Below are positions 27,632 to 36,693 of a stretch of DNA of 64,000 nt, piece after piece. Source of the DNA: Thermoanaerobaculia bacterium. Lineage in GTDB: Bacteria > Acidobacteriota > Thermoanaerobaculia > Multivoradales > JAGPDF01. The stretch is from positions 24,889 to 88,888 of the forward strand of contig JBFWYP010000011.1 of NCBI GenBank assembly GCA_050186295.1, given 5' to 3'. The notes beneath the pieces are model-generated. The model worked only from the letters and a program-made list of their open reading frames with translations, was not told where the DNA came from and ran no database searches. Within the stretch, counting starts at the first letter, position 1, and every line of letters begins with the position of its first letter. The translations under genes and the position numbers were made by a program.

Positions 27632-29854
27632 ATGAGAGTGCCGGCGGTGGTTCGCGCCGCTGTTCTGGTCATTTCCTTCGCCCCGAGCATCGCAGGAGCT
27701 CGGGCGCCAGCGCCCGAGGAGTTCTTCGGGCCCCGATTCGAGCCGGTCGAGCTGCTTCCGTCGGGTGAATCGCTGCTGCAGGATCCGGCGGCTTTCTCGA
27801 TACACGTCTCACGGGAAGAGGACCTGGACCGGGAACTCGTCTTCCCTGCCGGAGAGCCTCTGCTGTTGCCGAAGGGAAGACTTCGGCTCTATGGCGAGGG
27901 TCCCGGGCTCATCTCGCCGTCGCTGGTGTCGATGGTCAACGAGCTCGGAAACCCGGAGCGCTCGAAAGCGGCGAGGATCCCGGTCGTCGCTTCCGGACTG
28001 CTGCGCGCCCGTGTGGAGGCCGATTTTCCGCGTCGAGGGCGCCTTCGTGTTCATCTTCTGCGAGCGGACTCCGGGTCGAACGGCAACGAACCGGTTCCAG
28101 TGGAGATGAGCCGGCGGGTGGAGCTCGCTGCCTGCGAAGGTGGCATCGCCATGCCGGCGGGGATGGTCGTAGCGGCACTCGTCGATTCCGGAACGCAGGA
28201 GTACGTCGGGCTCTCCGAGGTGACGCGGGTAGTCGCCGGTACGACACGCGACCTCCTCTTCGGTGCCCCGGAGAGAGGGGAAGCTGGTCTCGTCTTGTCA
28301 CTCAGCCGGAGTTCCCCCGTCTACGCGGTCGCTGACGCCGAACAGGACGTCGAGCTCGTCACGCCGGATCGCAAGCGCTGGCAACCCGACCTGGTACTTC
28401 CGACCCGATATCAGCAGTACTTCGTCTGGTATCGCCTCCCTGCGGGGAACGTGACTCTGGCATCCGCGGGTTTGCGCGAAGGACTTCCCGTGCGCTCGCT
28501 GACGCTCCGATCCGGCCGTATCGAACGAATCGAAGAGGAACTTCGGCCGAATCCCCGACTGTCGCTTCGGCCGGTCGTGCCACCGGCGTTGCGGGGTGTC
28601 CCTGCCGTCATTCGAGTGAGCGATCCCGCGAGTGACTGGTGGCGCGAGGTATCGCTCCTCGAAGCAGGAGAAGAGCCCGCAGTGGTGCAGGTTCCGCCGC
28701 ATCGGCTCGAGCTGTTGATGACCGTCGGTCGATTCGGTGCCCGTTCGGTGGCCGATCTTTCGGATGGGCTGGATCAGGAGGTCGACCTGGACTTGCGGCT
28801 GGTAGAGCTTCACGGCACGGTTCGTACCGACACCGACTCTCGACCGGCGGTTCTGTTGTTCCGGAACGAAGCCGACGGGACGGTCGTCGAGTCGACAACC
28901 GATGAGATCGGCGACTATCGGGTCGTTCTCGCGGCAGGGGAGTACGATCTTCATGCGCGCCTTCGCGGTCGGGGTCGCGAGTACTGGATCGGCCCCGAGC
29001 GCTTCGAGAAGTCGCGACAATTCGATGTCGACATCCCGTCGAATCACTTCGTCGTCATCGTCGCGGATTCCGAAAGCGGTGAACCCGTACCGGATGCGAG
29101 CGTCACGATCGCCAACGAAGGCCTGGAGCTGCAGTTCAGCACGGTCGCGCAGACCGACTCCGCAGGCGAGGTCGAACTCGAACCACTCCGCGAGGGGAAG
29201 CTGCGTCTCCAGGCGCGCAAGGCCGGGTATGTCGATTCCGATCGCTTCGAGGAATCGGTCACCGAGGAGACGAAGGAGAGGTCGATCGCCATTCCGCTCG
29301 AACCGGAAGGCAGAGCGATCGAGATGGTCCTTCGATTGCCGAACGGCGAGCCTGCCGGGGGAGCGCGTCTGAGCGTGGTGCCCGATCCGGCGACGGTGTC
29401 CTGGAGTGGGACGTCCGACGCCAGCGGCCTCGTCCGGGTTCCGGAGAAGTTCTCGGGTGCCATGGCGATCGTCACACACCCCGGTTCGGGTTTCCTGCCA
29501 TTCACGGTGACCGAGTCCGTGCGCGATCTGACGCTGCCGGCGAAGGCGGGCGTGCCGCTGCGGATTCGGGTCACGAACGCCGCCGGGGAACCGGTCGTCT
29601 CCGCCGGGGTGGTGGTTTGGTCGCTCGGCTATCGACTTTCGGGCCTGGCGCTGGCGGTGGCGGCGCCGGGCCGGAACGTCGTTCCGCCGGGGGGCCTCTT
29701 CGAGCTCTCGAACGCGCCCGCGTCCCCGCTGGAGGTTCTCTTCTACCGCCCGGAGGCCGGAACCATCGAGCTGGTGCGAACGGGTGCCCTGGACCACAAG
29801 CGCAAGACGGTCCCCTTTCCGTGGCCGGCGCTTCAGTCGATTGAGGCCGAATAG
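27632..29854 (+). CDS. Secreted multi-domain protein with carboxypeptidase-regulatory-like (CarboxypepD_reg) beta-sandwich repeats, function unknown
   Basis: This is the internal ATG of ORF 27386..29854, with GGGAGG upstream. The signal peptide is MRVPAVVRAAVLVISFAPSIAGA. Typical repeat signatures are DEIGDYRVVLAAGEYDLHARL and GEPVPDASVTIANE...TDSAGEVELEPLREGKLRLQARKAGY. No catalytic motif was seen. It starts 19 nt after the mini-protein stop. Confidence 0.7.
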   Translation: MRVPAVVRAAVLVISFAPSIAGARAPAPEEFFGPRFEPVELLPSGESLLQDPAAFSIHVSREEDLDRELVFPAGEPLLLPKGRLRLYGEGPGLISPSLVSMVNELGNPERSKAARIPVVASGLLRARVEADFPRRGRLRVHLLRADSGSNGNEPVPVEMSRRVELAACEGGIAMPAGMVVAALVDSGTQEYVGLSEVTRVVAGTTRDLLFGAPERGEAGLVLSLSRSSPVYAVADAEQDVELVTPDRKRWQPDLVLPTRYQQYFVWYRLPAGNVTLASAGLREGLPVRSLTLRSGRIERIEEELRPNPRLSLRPVVPPALRGVPAVIRVSDPASDWWREVSLLEAGEEPAVVQVPPHRLELLMTVGRFGARSVADLSDGLDQEVDLDLRLVELHGTVRTDTDSRPAVLLFRNEADGTVVESTTDEIGDYRVVLAAGEYDLHARLRGRGREYWIGPERFEKSRQFDVDIPSNHFVVIVADSESGEPVPDASVTIANEGLELQFSTVAQTDSAGEVELEPLREGKLRLQARKAGYVDSDRFEESVTEETKERSIAIPLEPEGRAIEMVLRLPNGEPAGGARLSVVPDPATVSWSGTSDASGLVRVPEKFSGAMAIVTHPGSGFLPFTVTESVRDLTLPAKAGVPLRIRVTNAAGEPVVSAGVVVWSLGYRLSGLALAVAAPGRNVVPPGGLFELSNAPASPLEVLFYRPEAGTIELVRTGALDHKRKTVPFPWPALQSIEAE

Positions 29855-29898
29855 TCCAGGCGGACCGACTCGATCGTCGGAACGGGTGCGACGAGGCT

Positions 29899-31809
29899 CT
29901 ACCCGCCGAGCTCCTGCTCGAGGAGCTGGCCGGCCATGACGAGGAAGTCGAACTCGGTGACGATGCCGACCAGCCGGTCTTCCTTGAGCACCGGCAGGCA
30001 GCCGATGTGATGCTGGCGCATCAGGCGGATGGCGTCGACGGTGCGGGTCTCGGGGCTCACCGTCACCATGTCGGTCGACATGACCTCCTTGACGGGGATC
30101 GGGCCGCGCCCGAGCTCGGTGGCGCGCTCGGCGAGGAGCTTGATCAGGCTCGACTGCGAGACCAGGCCGACCAGGCGATGCTGGTTGTCCTCCACGGGGA
30201 CGTGGCGGATCCGTTTCCACTGCATAAGGTTCGCGACCAGCTCGACCGCCTCGTCGACGTGCGTGGTGATGAGGTCGGTGGTCATGAACTGTTCGATCTG
30301 GCCGAAGTGCTTCTCCCAGCCGCCGGCGTCCTCGAGGCTGGCCAGCGGCCAGGTCGTGACCGGCTGCCCGCCCTTCTGGTTCTCGATGATCGCACCGGTG
30401 ATCGCCGCCAGGCGCTCGCCGCGGGTGCCGCGGTCGCGCAGGCCGTTGTAGCTCTCGAGCTGCCACTGTGCTCCGGTCCGCTTGCTGCGCACGCGCTCCT
30501 CGATGATGCCGAGGTAGCGGTCGACGTCGGCGGCGACGATCCCCTTGAGCTTGAGGCCGTCGCGCGCCACCGGCAGGAGCTCCTCGAGGATCAGCTCGTC
30601 GCCCGGGATGTGGTGGTGTCCCGGCCAGCCGAACTGCGCCCGGATGCCGAGCCGCGCCGCGGCCACGAAGTTCTCCTGCGCGGTGTCGAAGTCCATGACG
30701 CGGCGGATGTCGGGGTAGACGCGCGAGAGACCGGAGAGGAGGCCGAACCAGAAGGCTGCGTTCGCCACTTCGTCGACGATCGACGGTCCCGACGGGATGA
30801 TCCGGTTCTCGATCCTGAGGTGCGGCTTGCCCTCGAAGACGCCGTAGCAGGGACGCGTCCAGCGGTAGATCGTCCCGTTGTGCAGGCGCAGCGCCTGGAG
30901 CGAGGGGATCTGGCCGGAGCGCAGCACCGCGAGCGAGTCCTCCTCGATGTCCGCCGAGAGCAGGACCTTGAAGCGGGCGATGTCCTCCTGGAAGATCTCG
31001 AGCACCGAATCGTCCACCCAGCGGCGGCCGAACGAGACGCGCGGCGCCTGCTCGCGCATGTGCAGGCCGGCGGCGCGATGGTCGACCGACTGCTGGAAGA
31101 GCGCGATCCGCGTCTCGCGCCAGAGCCGGCGTCCGAAGAGCATCGGCGAGTTGCAGGCCGCCGCGAGGACCGGCGCGGCCACGGCCTGGGTCAGGTTGTA
31201 GAGCGAGGCGAACTCCTCGGGACCGACCTGGAAATGCGCCTGGAAGCTGGCGTTGCACGCTTCGACCATCACGCTCTCGTGGCGGATGATGAGCTCGTCC
31301 GTTCCCTTGATGTAGAACTCGTAGGCACTGCCGCGCAGCCGTCGCATCGCCTCGTTGAGGGCGAAGTAGCGCGGCTTGGGCGTCATGTTCTCGAGCGTCA
31401 GGTCCGAGATGTCGAGCGTCGGCAGGATCCCCGCCATGACCACGTCGGCGCCCAGGGAATGGGCGGCCTCGCGGGCCTGCACCAGGAAACCGGTGAGCTG
31501 CTGCTCCATGCGGCGCAGACAGTCGCCGCCGAAGTCGAGCGGGTCGGTGTTGAACTCGAGGTTGAAGCGCGCGAGCTCGGTGGTGAAGTGATGGTCGCCG
31601 AGATGCTCGATCATCTCCATGGCGAGCGGCGCCGGATTGAAGGCGCGATCGACCAGGAAGAGCTCCTGCTCGGCGCCGATGCGGCGCACGCCGGACTCGA
31701 TCGCTCCCGAGCGGAGCATCGTCTCGAGCGCCTGCAGGTCGCCGATCAGGCGCCGGGTGAAGCCGCGCAGCGATTCGGAGTTGAGCTCCTTGACTTCCTG
31801 TTCACCCAT
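29899..31809 (-). CDS. Glutamate-cysteine-ligase family 2 (carboxylate-amine ligase)-like protein fused to a C-terminal CBS-domain pair
   Basis: ORF 29899..31809. The N-terminal roughly 480 aa resemble GCS2/YbdK (GAEQELFLVD, NLEFNTDP, SFQAHFQV). The C-terminal roughly 130 aa carry two CBS motifs (MTTDLITTHVDEAVELVANLM...IRHVPVED and MSTDMVTVSPETRTVDAIRLM...IGCLPVL). A GGAGGG SD is present. Confidence 0.7.
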   Translation of the reverse strand: MGEQEVKELNSESLRGFTRRLIGDLQALETMLRSGAIESGVRRIGAEQELFLVDRAFNPAPLAMEMIEHLGDHHFTTELARFNLEFNTDPLDFGGDCLRRMEQQLTGFLVQAREAAHSLGADVVMAGILPTLDISDLTLENMTPKPRYFALNEAMRRLRGSAYEFYIKGTDELIIRHESVMVEACNASFQAHFQVGPEEFASLYNLTQAVAAPVLAAACNSPMLFGRRLWRETRIALFQQSVDHRAAGLHMREQAPRVSFGRRWVDDSVLEIFQEDIARFKVLLSADIEEDSLAVLRSGQIPSLQALRLHNGTIYRWTRPCYGVFEGKPHLRIENRIIPSGPSIVDEVANAAFWFGLLSGLSRVYPDIRRVMDFDTAQENFVAAARLGIRAQFGWPGHHHIPGDELILEELLPVARDGLKLKGIVAADVDRYLGIIEERVRSKRTGAQWQLESYNGLRDRGTRGERLAAITGAIIENQKGGQPVTTWPLASLEDAGGWEKHFGQIEQFMTTDLITTHVDEAVELVANLMQWKRIRHVPVEDNQHRLVGLVSQSSLIKLLAERATELGRGPIPVKEVMSTDMVTVSPETRTVDAIRLMRQHHIGCLPVLKEDRLVGIVTEFDFLVMAGQLLEQELGG

Positions 31810-31858
31810 GGCGATCGTGCCCTCCGCGTCGATCGCCGGCAGTCTAGCGCGGACCGAT

Positions 31859-32995
31859 TCAGGCCGGTGCGACGACCTCGGGGGCGAAGGCCGGGTGGAC
31901 GAGCCGGCCGTCGCGGGCGAGCAGGGTGCCGGCGACGACGTCGTCGTCCCCGGGGATCGCGAGCTGACCGCCCTTCCACAGCAGCTGCAGGAAGTTCCAC
32001 AGGTTCCGCGAGTAGAGGAGGCTGGCGTCCGCCGGGAGCGACGCGGGGAGGTTGGACGGGCCGAGGATCTGGACCCCTCCGTGCTCGACGACGTCGTCGG
32101 CGCGGGTCAGCTCGCAGTTGCCGCCCTGCGCGGCCGCGATGTCGACGACGATCGATCCCGGCTTCATCGCCTCCACCATGGCGCGGGTGAGGAGGACCGG
32201 CGCCTTCTTTCCCGGAACCTGGGCGGTAGTGATCACCACGTCGGCGGCGGCGATCCGCGCCGTGAGGATGGCGCGCTGCTGGTCGAGGAACTCGCGCGAG
32301 ACCTCCTTCGCGTAGCCGCCGCTGCCCTCGGCCGACGGCATCTGCGGCAGGTCGATGAAGCGGCCGCCGAGCGATTCGACCTGCTCCTTGACGACCGGGC
32401 GGACGTCGGACACCTCGACCACGGCCCCGAGCCGGCGCGCGGTCGCCAGCGCCTGCAGTCCGGCGACGCCGGCGCCCAGGATGACCACGCGCGCCGGCTG
32501 GATCGTGCCGGCGGCGGTCATCAGCTGGGGAAAGTACTTGCCCAGTCGGCCGGCCGCGAGGATCACCGCCTTGTAGCCCGAGATCGAGGCCTGCGACGAG
32601 AGCACGTCCATCGACTGCGCCCGGGTAGTGCGCGGGACGAGCTCCATCGAGAAGAGGACCAGGCCGCGCTCCACCAGTCGGCCGACGACCTCGGTGTTGC
32701 GGTGCGGGTCGAGCAGGCCGAAGAGGTAGGCCCCGGCGCGCGGTAGCTCGGCTTCGGTCGGCGACGGCGGCGCGACCTTGAAGAGGATGTCGGCGCTCCG
32801 CCAGCCGGCGGCGCCGTCGACGATGCGTGCGCCGCTGGCTTCGAAGGCGGCGTCCGGAAAGCCGGCCTCGCGCCCGGCGTCGTGTTCGATCAGCAGCTCG
32901 AGGCCGGCGTGCACGATCTTCTTCGCACTCTCCGGCGAGACGGCGACGCGCCGCTCGCCGGCGCGCGATTCCTGGGGCACGAACAGTGTCGTCAT
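31859..32995 (-). CDS. pntAA: NAD(P) transhydrogenase alpha subunit part 1 (dI, AlaDH/PNT family)
   Basis: This is the internal ATG of ORF 31859..33154. The protein starts MTTLFVPQESRAGERRVAVSPESAKKIVHAGLEL. The Rossmann motif is VVILGAGVAGLQALATARRLGA. Length is 378 aa. No pntAB or pntB follows. Confidence 0.7.
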   Translation of the reverse strand: MTTLFVPQESRAGERRVAVSPESAKKIVHAGLELLIEHDAGREAGFPDAAFEASGARIVDGAAGWRSADILFKVAPPSPTEAELPRAGAYLFGLLDPHRNTEVVGRLVERGLVLFSMELVPRTTRAQSMDVLSSQASISGYKAVILAAGRLGKYFPQLMTAAGTIQPARVVILGAGVAGLQALATARRLGAVVEVSDVRPVVKEQVESLGGRFIDLPQMPSAEGSGGYAKEVSREFLDQQRAILTARIAAADVVITTAQVPGKKAPVLLTRAMVEAMKPGSIVVDIAAAQGGNCELTRADDVVEHGGVQILGPSNLPASLPADASLLYSRNLWNFLQLLWKGGQLAIPGDDDVVAGTLLARDGRLVHPAFAPEVVAPA

Positions 32996-33035
32996 GGAAC
33001 GATTCTCCCGTTTCCGCGACCGCTGCGATCGTACC

Positions 33036-34379
33036 TCAGTCCGAAGGTGCAGCGACCCGGTGTTCGGGGCGGGCGAGGTCGAGGAGGGTCTTGACCGGAG
33101 CGAACGTCCAGGCCGGGAGCTCGACGAAGATCGTCTCCCAGTCCGCCATCGCACCGTTCCAGAGCCCGGGGCGCTCGTAGACGCGCAGCCGGCGCGGACC
33201 CTCGCTCTTCCCGGCGACGAAGGCGCGGTCGGGATCGACGAAGCGACGGAGATCGAACGGGCGGCCGTCGGCGGCGCGGAGCGAGACCGCGAGGTCGACC
33301 GGATTGAAGTGCGTCGATCCCTGCCAGATCGCCGCCTGGTCGTCGTCCGCGAGGTTCACCTCGGCGGACTCGACGATCTGCAGCGACGGCCGGCCGTCCT
33401 TGCCGGCGACCCAGAACGGCCCGCCGCCCGGTTCGCCCGAGTTGGCGACCACGGCGCAGGCGCGCAGCGGACGTGAGCGGTCGGTGCGCCGCTCCTCCCG
33501 CTCGAGGAGAACGCCGAGGAGGAGCAGCCGGGTGCGGGCGATCTCGCGGTGGCGCGACGGCGGCAGGATGTTGTCGATGTTCTTGATCAGGACGAGGTCG
33601 GCGCCGTCGTCGCCCAGGCGGGCGAGATTGTCGAGCAGGGCGCCGTGCCCGGAGGGCCGCAGCAGGAGCCGGCCGTCGGCCTGGCGTGCGACCGCGCCCG
33701 ACGGGTCGAGCGCGATCGCCCGGGTCGAAGGCAGCTGCTCCGAGAAGCCGATCTCGAGCCCAGCGCCGACGCGCTCGCGCCACTGCGTGCGGACCGCTGT
33801 GAACTCGCTCCGGAACTCCGCCGGAACGGTGAAATGGAAGCGCGTCCGGCCGTCGCGGTCGGTGAGGTACCAGAGCCCCTCCGCGATCTGGTCGTCGAAG
33901 GCGGTGCGGAGCGTGCCGTCCTCGAGGTGGAACGGCAGCAGCGCCTTGGGGAGCGCAGCGAACGCCTGACCCTCCGATGAGAGGAACCAGTCGGCGAGCG
34001 GGGTCGTCCCGGCGCGCCGGGCGATCTCCCTGCCAATGGCGGTTCCGGGCAGCGCCGCGAGGGTGGCGGCGGTCTCCTGCGCATCGGCGGCCTCGCGCCC
34101 GAGGACGGCGCGGAACATCCGGGTCGCCGCTCCCGACGCGGGCACGAACTTGGTGAGCCGCCCGGCGTCCCGCGCCGCGCGTCCGCGCTCGACGAGCTCC
34201 TCTTCACGTTCCGGCGGGAGCCGGAGGACGCCGTCGCCTGCCGTGGCCGGACGCAGCAGCCGCAGCCGGGCGGGAGGGTTCTCGAGGAAGGCGAGCTGAT
34301 GGAGCGCCTCGGCGGCGTCGATTCCGGCCGCGGAGAGCTCGGCGAGGTCCGCGGGGGAGAGGGTCCGGCCGTCGCTCAC
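33036..34379 (-). CDS. DUF4301 family protein (nucleotidyltransferase-like)
   Basis: This is the in-frame GTG inside ORF 33036..34550. The motif LTKFVPASGAATRMF and the overall length match my memory of DUF4301. The start is approximate. Confidence 0.55.
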   Translation of the reverse strand: MSDGRTLSPADLAELSAAGIDAAEALHQLAFLENPPARLRLLRPATAGDGVLRLPPEREEELVERGRAARDAGRLTKFVPASGAATRMFRAVLGREAADAQETAATLAALPGTAIGREIARRAGTTPLADWFLSSEGQAFAALPKALLPFHLEDGTLRTAFDDQIAEGLWYLTDRDGRTRFHFTVPAEFRSEFTAVRTQWRERVGAGLEIGFSEQLPSTRAIALDPSGAVARQADGRLLLRPSGHGALLDNLARLGDDGADLVLIKNIDNILPPSRHREIARTRLLLLGVLLEREERRTDRSRPLRACAVVANSGEPGGGPFWVAGKDGRPSLQIVESAEVNLADDDQAAIWQGSTHFNPVDLAVSLRAADGRPFDLRRFVDPDRAFVAGKSEGPRRLRVYERPGLWNGAMADWETIFVELPAWTFAPVKTLLDLARPEHRVAAPSD

Positions 34380-34387
34380 GGTGCGCG

Positions 34388-34942
34388 TCAGCCCCGGAAG
34401 TCGGGCAGGCGGTCGTCGAGCTCGACGAGCCGCTTCGCAGCGGCGTCCTTCGGCGACAGGAGCGGCTCGGCGACCGGCCACTCGATGCCGATCGCGGGAT
34501 CGTTCCAGGCGATCGCGAGATCGGCCGCGGGGTCGTAGAGCGCGGTGCACTTGTATTCGACCTGGGCGCGCTGGGACAGGACGCAGAAGCCGTGGGCGTA
34601 GTCGGGCGGCACCCAGAGCTGGCGGAAGTTCTCGGCCGAGAGCTCGGTCGCGAACCAGTTGCCGAAGGTGGGGGAGCCGCGACGGATGTCGACCGCGACG
34701 TCGAAGATCGTCCCCTCCGTACAGCGGACGAGCTTTCCCTGCGAGTTCGGCAGCTGGACGTGCAGGCCGCGGAGCGTGCCGCGGGCCGACAGCGAGTGGT
34801 TGTCCTGCACGAACTCGAGATCGAGACCGGCGGCGGCGAACTTTCCGGCGTGGAAGACCTCGAGGAAGAAGCCGCGCTCGTCGCGGAAGACCGCCGGCTC
34901 GACGACCAGCACGCCGGGAAGCGCGGTCTCGACGAACCTCAC
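34388..34942 (-). CDS. rfbC: dTDP-4-dehydrorhamnose 3,5-epimerase
   Basis: This is the in-frame GTG at 34942 of ORF 34388..35890. The motifs are [52 protein letters not shown] and PPDYAHGF. It overlaps the rfbA stop by 4 nt. Confidence 0.9.
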   Translation of the reverse strand: MRFVETALPGVLVVEPAVFRDERGFFLEVFHAGKFAAAGLDLEFVQDNHSLSARGTLRGLHVQLPNSQGKLVRCTEGTIFDVAVDIRRGSPTFGNWFATELSAENFRQLWVPPDYAHGFCVLSQRAQVEYKCTALYDPAADLAIAWNDPAIGIEWPVAEPLLSPKDAAAKRLVELDDRLPDFRG

Positions 34943-35820
34943 TTTGCGGGCCGCTCCTCGCGCGCGACGCGGCGCAGATAGTCCGCGTACTCGGTCTTTC
35001 CGAGCTCGTCGGCGAGACGCAGCAGGTCGGCGGCGCCGAGATAGCCCATGTGGAGCGCGATCTCCTCGAGACAGGCGACCTTGAGACCCTGGCGCTGTTC
35101 GACGGCGCCGATGAACTCGGAGGCCTGGAGGAGCGACTCGTGCGTGCCGGTGTCGAGCCAGGCGATGCCGCGGCCGAGGACCCGGACGGCGAGATCGCCG
35201 GCCTCCAGGTAGTGACGGTTGACGTCGGTGATCTCGAGCTCGCCGCGCGGCGACGGCTCGAGGTTCGCGGCGATTTCGAGGACCCGGTTGTCGTAGAAGT
35301 AGAGGCCGGTAACGGCGAGGTTCGATCGCGCCTTCTGCGGCTTCTCCTCGAGCGAGACGGCGTGCCCCGTGGCGTCGAGCTCGACCACGCCGTAGCGCTC
35401 CGGATCGCGCACCCGGTAGGCGAAGACCGTGGCGCCGCGCTCGCGCTTCGCGGCGACCTCGAGATCCTCGGGAAAGCCGTGGCCGTAGAAGATGTTGTCG
35501 CCGAGCGCCAGCGCCACCCGGTCGTCGCCGACGAAGTCGCGGCCGATCAGGAACGCCTGCGCCAGGCCGCCCGGGTGCGGCTGCGCCGCGTACGAGATCC
35601 GCACACCGAAACCGGAGCCGTCGCCGAGCAGGCGCTCGAAGCTCGGCAGGTCGTGCGGGGTCGAGATGAGCAGGATGTCGCGGATGCCGGCGAGCATCAG
35701 GCTCGACAGCGGGTAGTAGACCATCGGCTTGTCGTAGACCGGCAGGAGCTGCTTCGAGACGCCGCGCGTCACCGGGTAGAGTCGCGTGCCGGAGCCGCCG
35801 GCGAGGACGATTCCCTTCAT
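34939..35820 (-). CDS. rfbA: Glucose-1-phosphate thymidylyltransferase
   Basis: This is the internal ATG at 35820 of ORF 34939..35961. The protein starts [39 protein letters not shown]. Length is 293 aa. Confidence 0.93.
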   Translation of the reverse strand: MKGIVLAGGSGTRLYPVTRGVSKQLLPVYDKPMVYYPLSSLMLAGIRDILLISTPHDLPSFERLLGDGSGFGVRISYAAQPHPGGLAQAFLIGRDFVGDDRVALALGDNIFYGHGFPEDLEVAAKRERGATVFAYRVRDPERYGVVELDATGHAVSLEEKPQKARSNLAVTGLYFYDNRVLEIAANLEPSPRGELEITDVNRHYLEAGDLAVRVLGRGIAWLDTGTHESLLQASEFIGAVEQRQGLKVACLEEIALHMGYLGAADLLRLADELGKTEYADYLRRVAREERPAK

Positions 35821-35826
35821 CGGGCG

Positions 35827-35832
35827 AGTATA
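35827..35832 (-). promoter_or_regulatory. Putative -10 box (TATACT) of leaderless rfbA transcript
   Basis: On the minus strand TATACT ends 6 nt upstream of the rfbA ATG, with no SD sequence. Confidence 0.45.
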
Positions 35833-35871
35833 TCGGCGGGCGCGGCGCCTCCCGGGCGCCCGGCGGGAGGT

Positions 35872-35877
35872 TAGGAT
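35872..35877 (+). promoter_or_regulatory. Putative -10 box (TAGGAT) of leaderless uppP transcript
   Basis: TAGGAT ends 6 nt upstream of the ATG at 35884, with no SD sequence. It is divergent from the rfbA box within a 63-nt intergenic region. Confidence 0.45.
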
Positions 35878-35883
35878 CGCCGC

Positions 35884-36693
35884 ATGACACCCTGGCAGGC
35901 CGCGATCCTCGCCCTCGTCCAGGCAGTCACCGAATTCCTCCCGATCTCCTCTTCGGGTCACCTGATCCTGATGCCGCGGCTCCTCGGATGGGGCGATCAG
36001 GGGCTCGAGTTCGACATCGCCACCAACACCGGAACGCTCCTCGCGGTGATGCTCTACTTCCGCGACGATCTCCGGAAGATGGCGCGCGCCCTGCCGGCGA
36101 GCCTCACGTCCGACGGCCGTGCCGAGCGGCCCGAGGCGCGACTCCTCTTCTCTCTCGCCCTGGGGACGATCCCGGCCGCGGTCGTCGGCCTGCTCGCCAA
36201 GGACTGGATCTCGACCTACGGCCGCGATCCCCGGCTGATCGCCGCGACGGCGATCTTCTACGGCGGGTGGCTGATCTATGCCGACCGGGCGGGTACGAAG
36301 ATCCGCGGCGAGGACGGCTTCGGGGTCCGCGAGGCGCTGCTCATCGGCGCCGCCCAGGCGCTGGCGCTGGTGCCCGGGACTTCGCGCTCGGGAGTCACGA
36401 TGACGGCGGCGCTGCTGCTCGGCTTCGCGCGTCCGGCCGCGGCGCGCTTCTCGTTCCTGCTCTCGGTTCCGATCGGACTGCTGGTGGCGGCGAACCAGCT
36501 CAAGGACATCATCCTCGGCGAGCCGCTGGGTGTCGCGCCGCTGCCGCTGGGGATCGGGATCGCCGTCGCCGCGGCGGCCGGCTTCGCGGTGATCGCCCTC
36601 TTCCTCGCCTGGATCCGCCGCCGGCCGCTGGCGCCGTTCGGCTGGTACCGGATCGCGCTCGGGATCGCTCTACTGCTGCTCTTCCGCGCCTGA
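35884..36693 (+). CDS. uppP: Undecaprenyl-diphosphate phosphatase
   Basis: The motifs are [21 protein letters not shown] and [10 protein letters not shown]. The protein is a multi-TM protein of 269 aa. Confidence 0.92.
   Translation: MTPWQAAILALVQAVTEFLPISSSGHLILMPRLLGWGDQGLEFDIATNTGTLLAVMLYFRDDLRKMARALPASLTSDGRAERPEARLLFSLALGTIPAAVVGLLAKDWISTYGRDPRLIAATAIFYGGWLIYADRAGTKIRGEDGFGVREALLIGAAQALALVPGTSRSGVTMTAALLLGFARPAAARFSFLLSVPIGLLVAANQLKDIILGEPLGVAPLPLGIGIAVAAAAGFAVIALFLAWIRRRPLAPFGWYRIALGIALLLLFRA

Noticed and set aside
27610-27760. Possible UGA (Sec) read-through of the Cys-rich peptide. The idea arose because tRNA-Sec is present and the in-frame continuation contains more Cys (REALCCHES...).
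   Set aside because: The sequence right after the TGA is the GGGAGG SD and ATG of the next gene. I see no convincing SECIS-type hairpin. The continuation quickly becomes Arg-rich junk and ends about 50 codons later.
28298-31258. A 986-aa minus-strand ORF spanning the end of the beta-sandwich gene and most of the GCS2-CBS gene.
   Set aside because: It crosses a convergent gene junction, is extremely Arg/Pro-rich and has no motifs. The real genes on either side are well supported.
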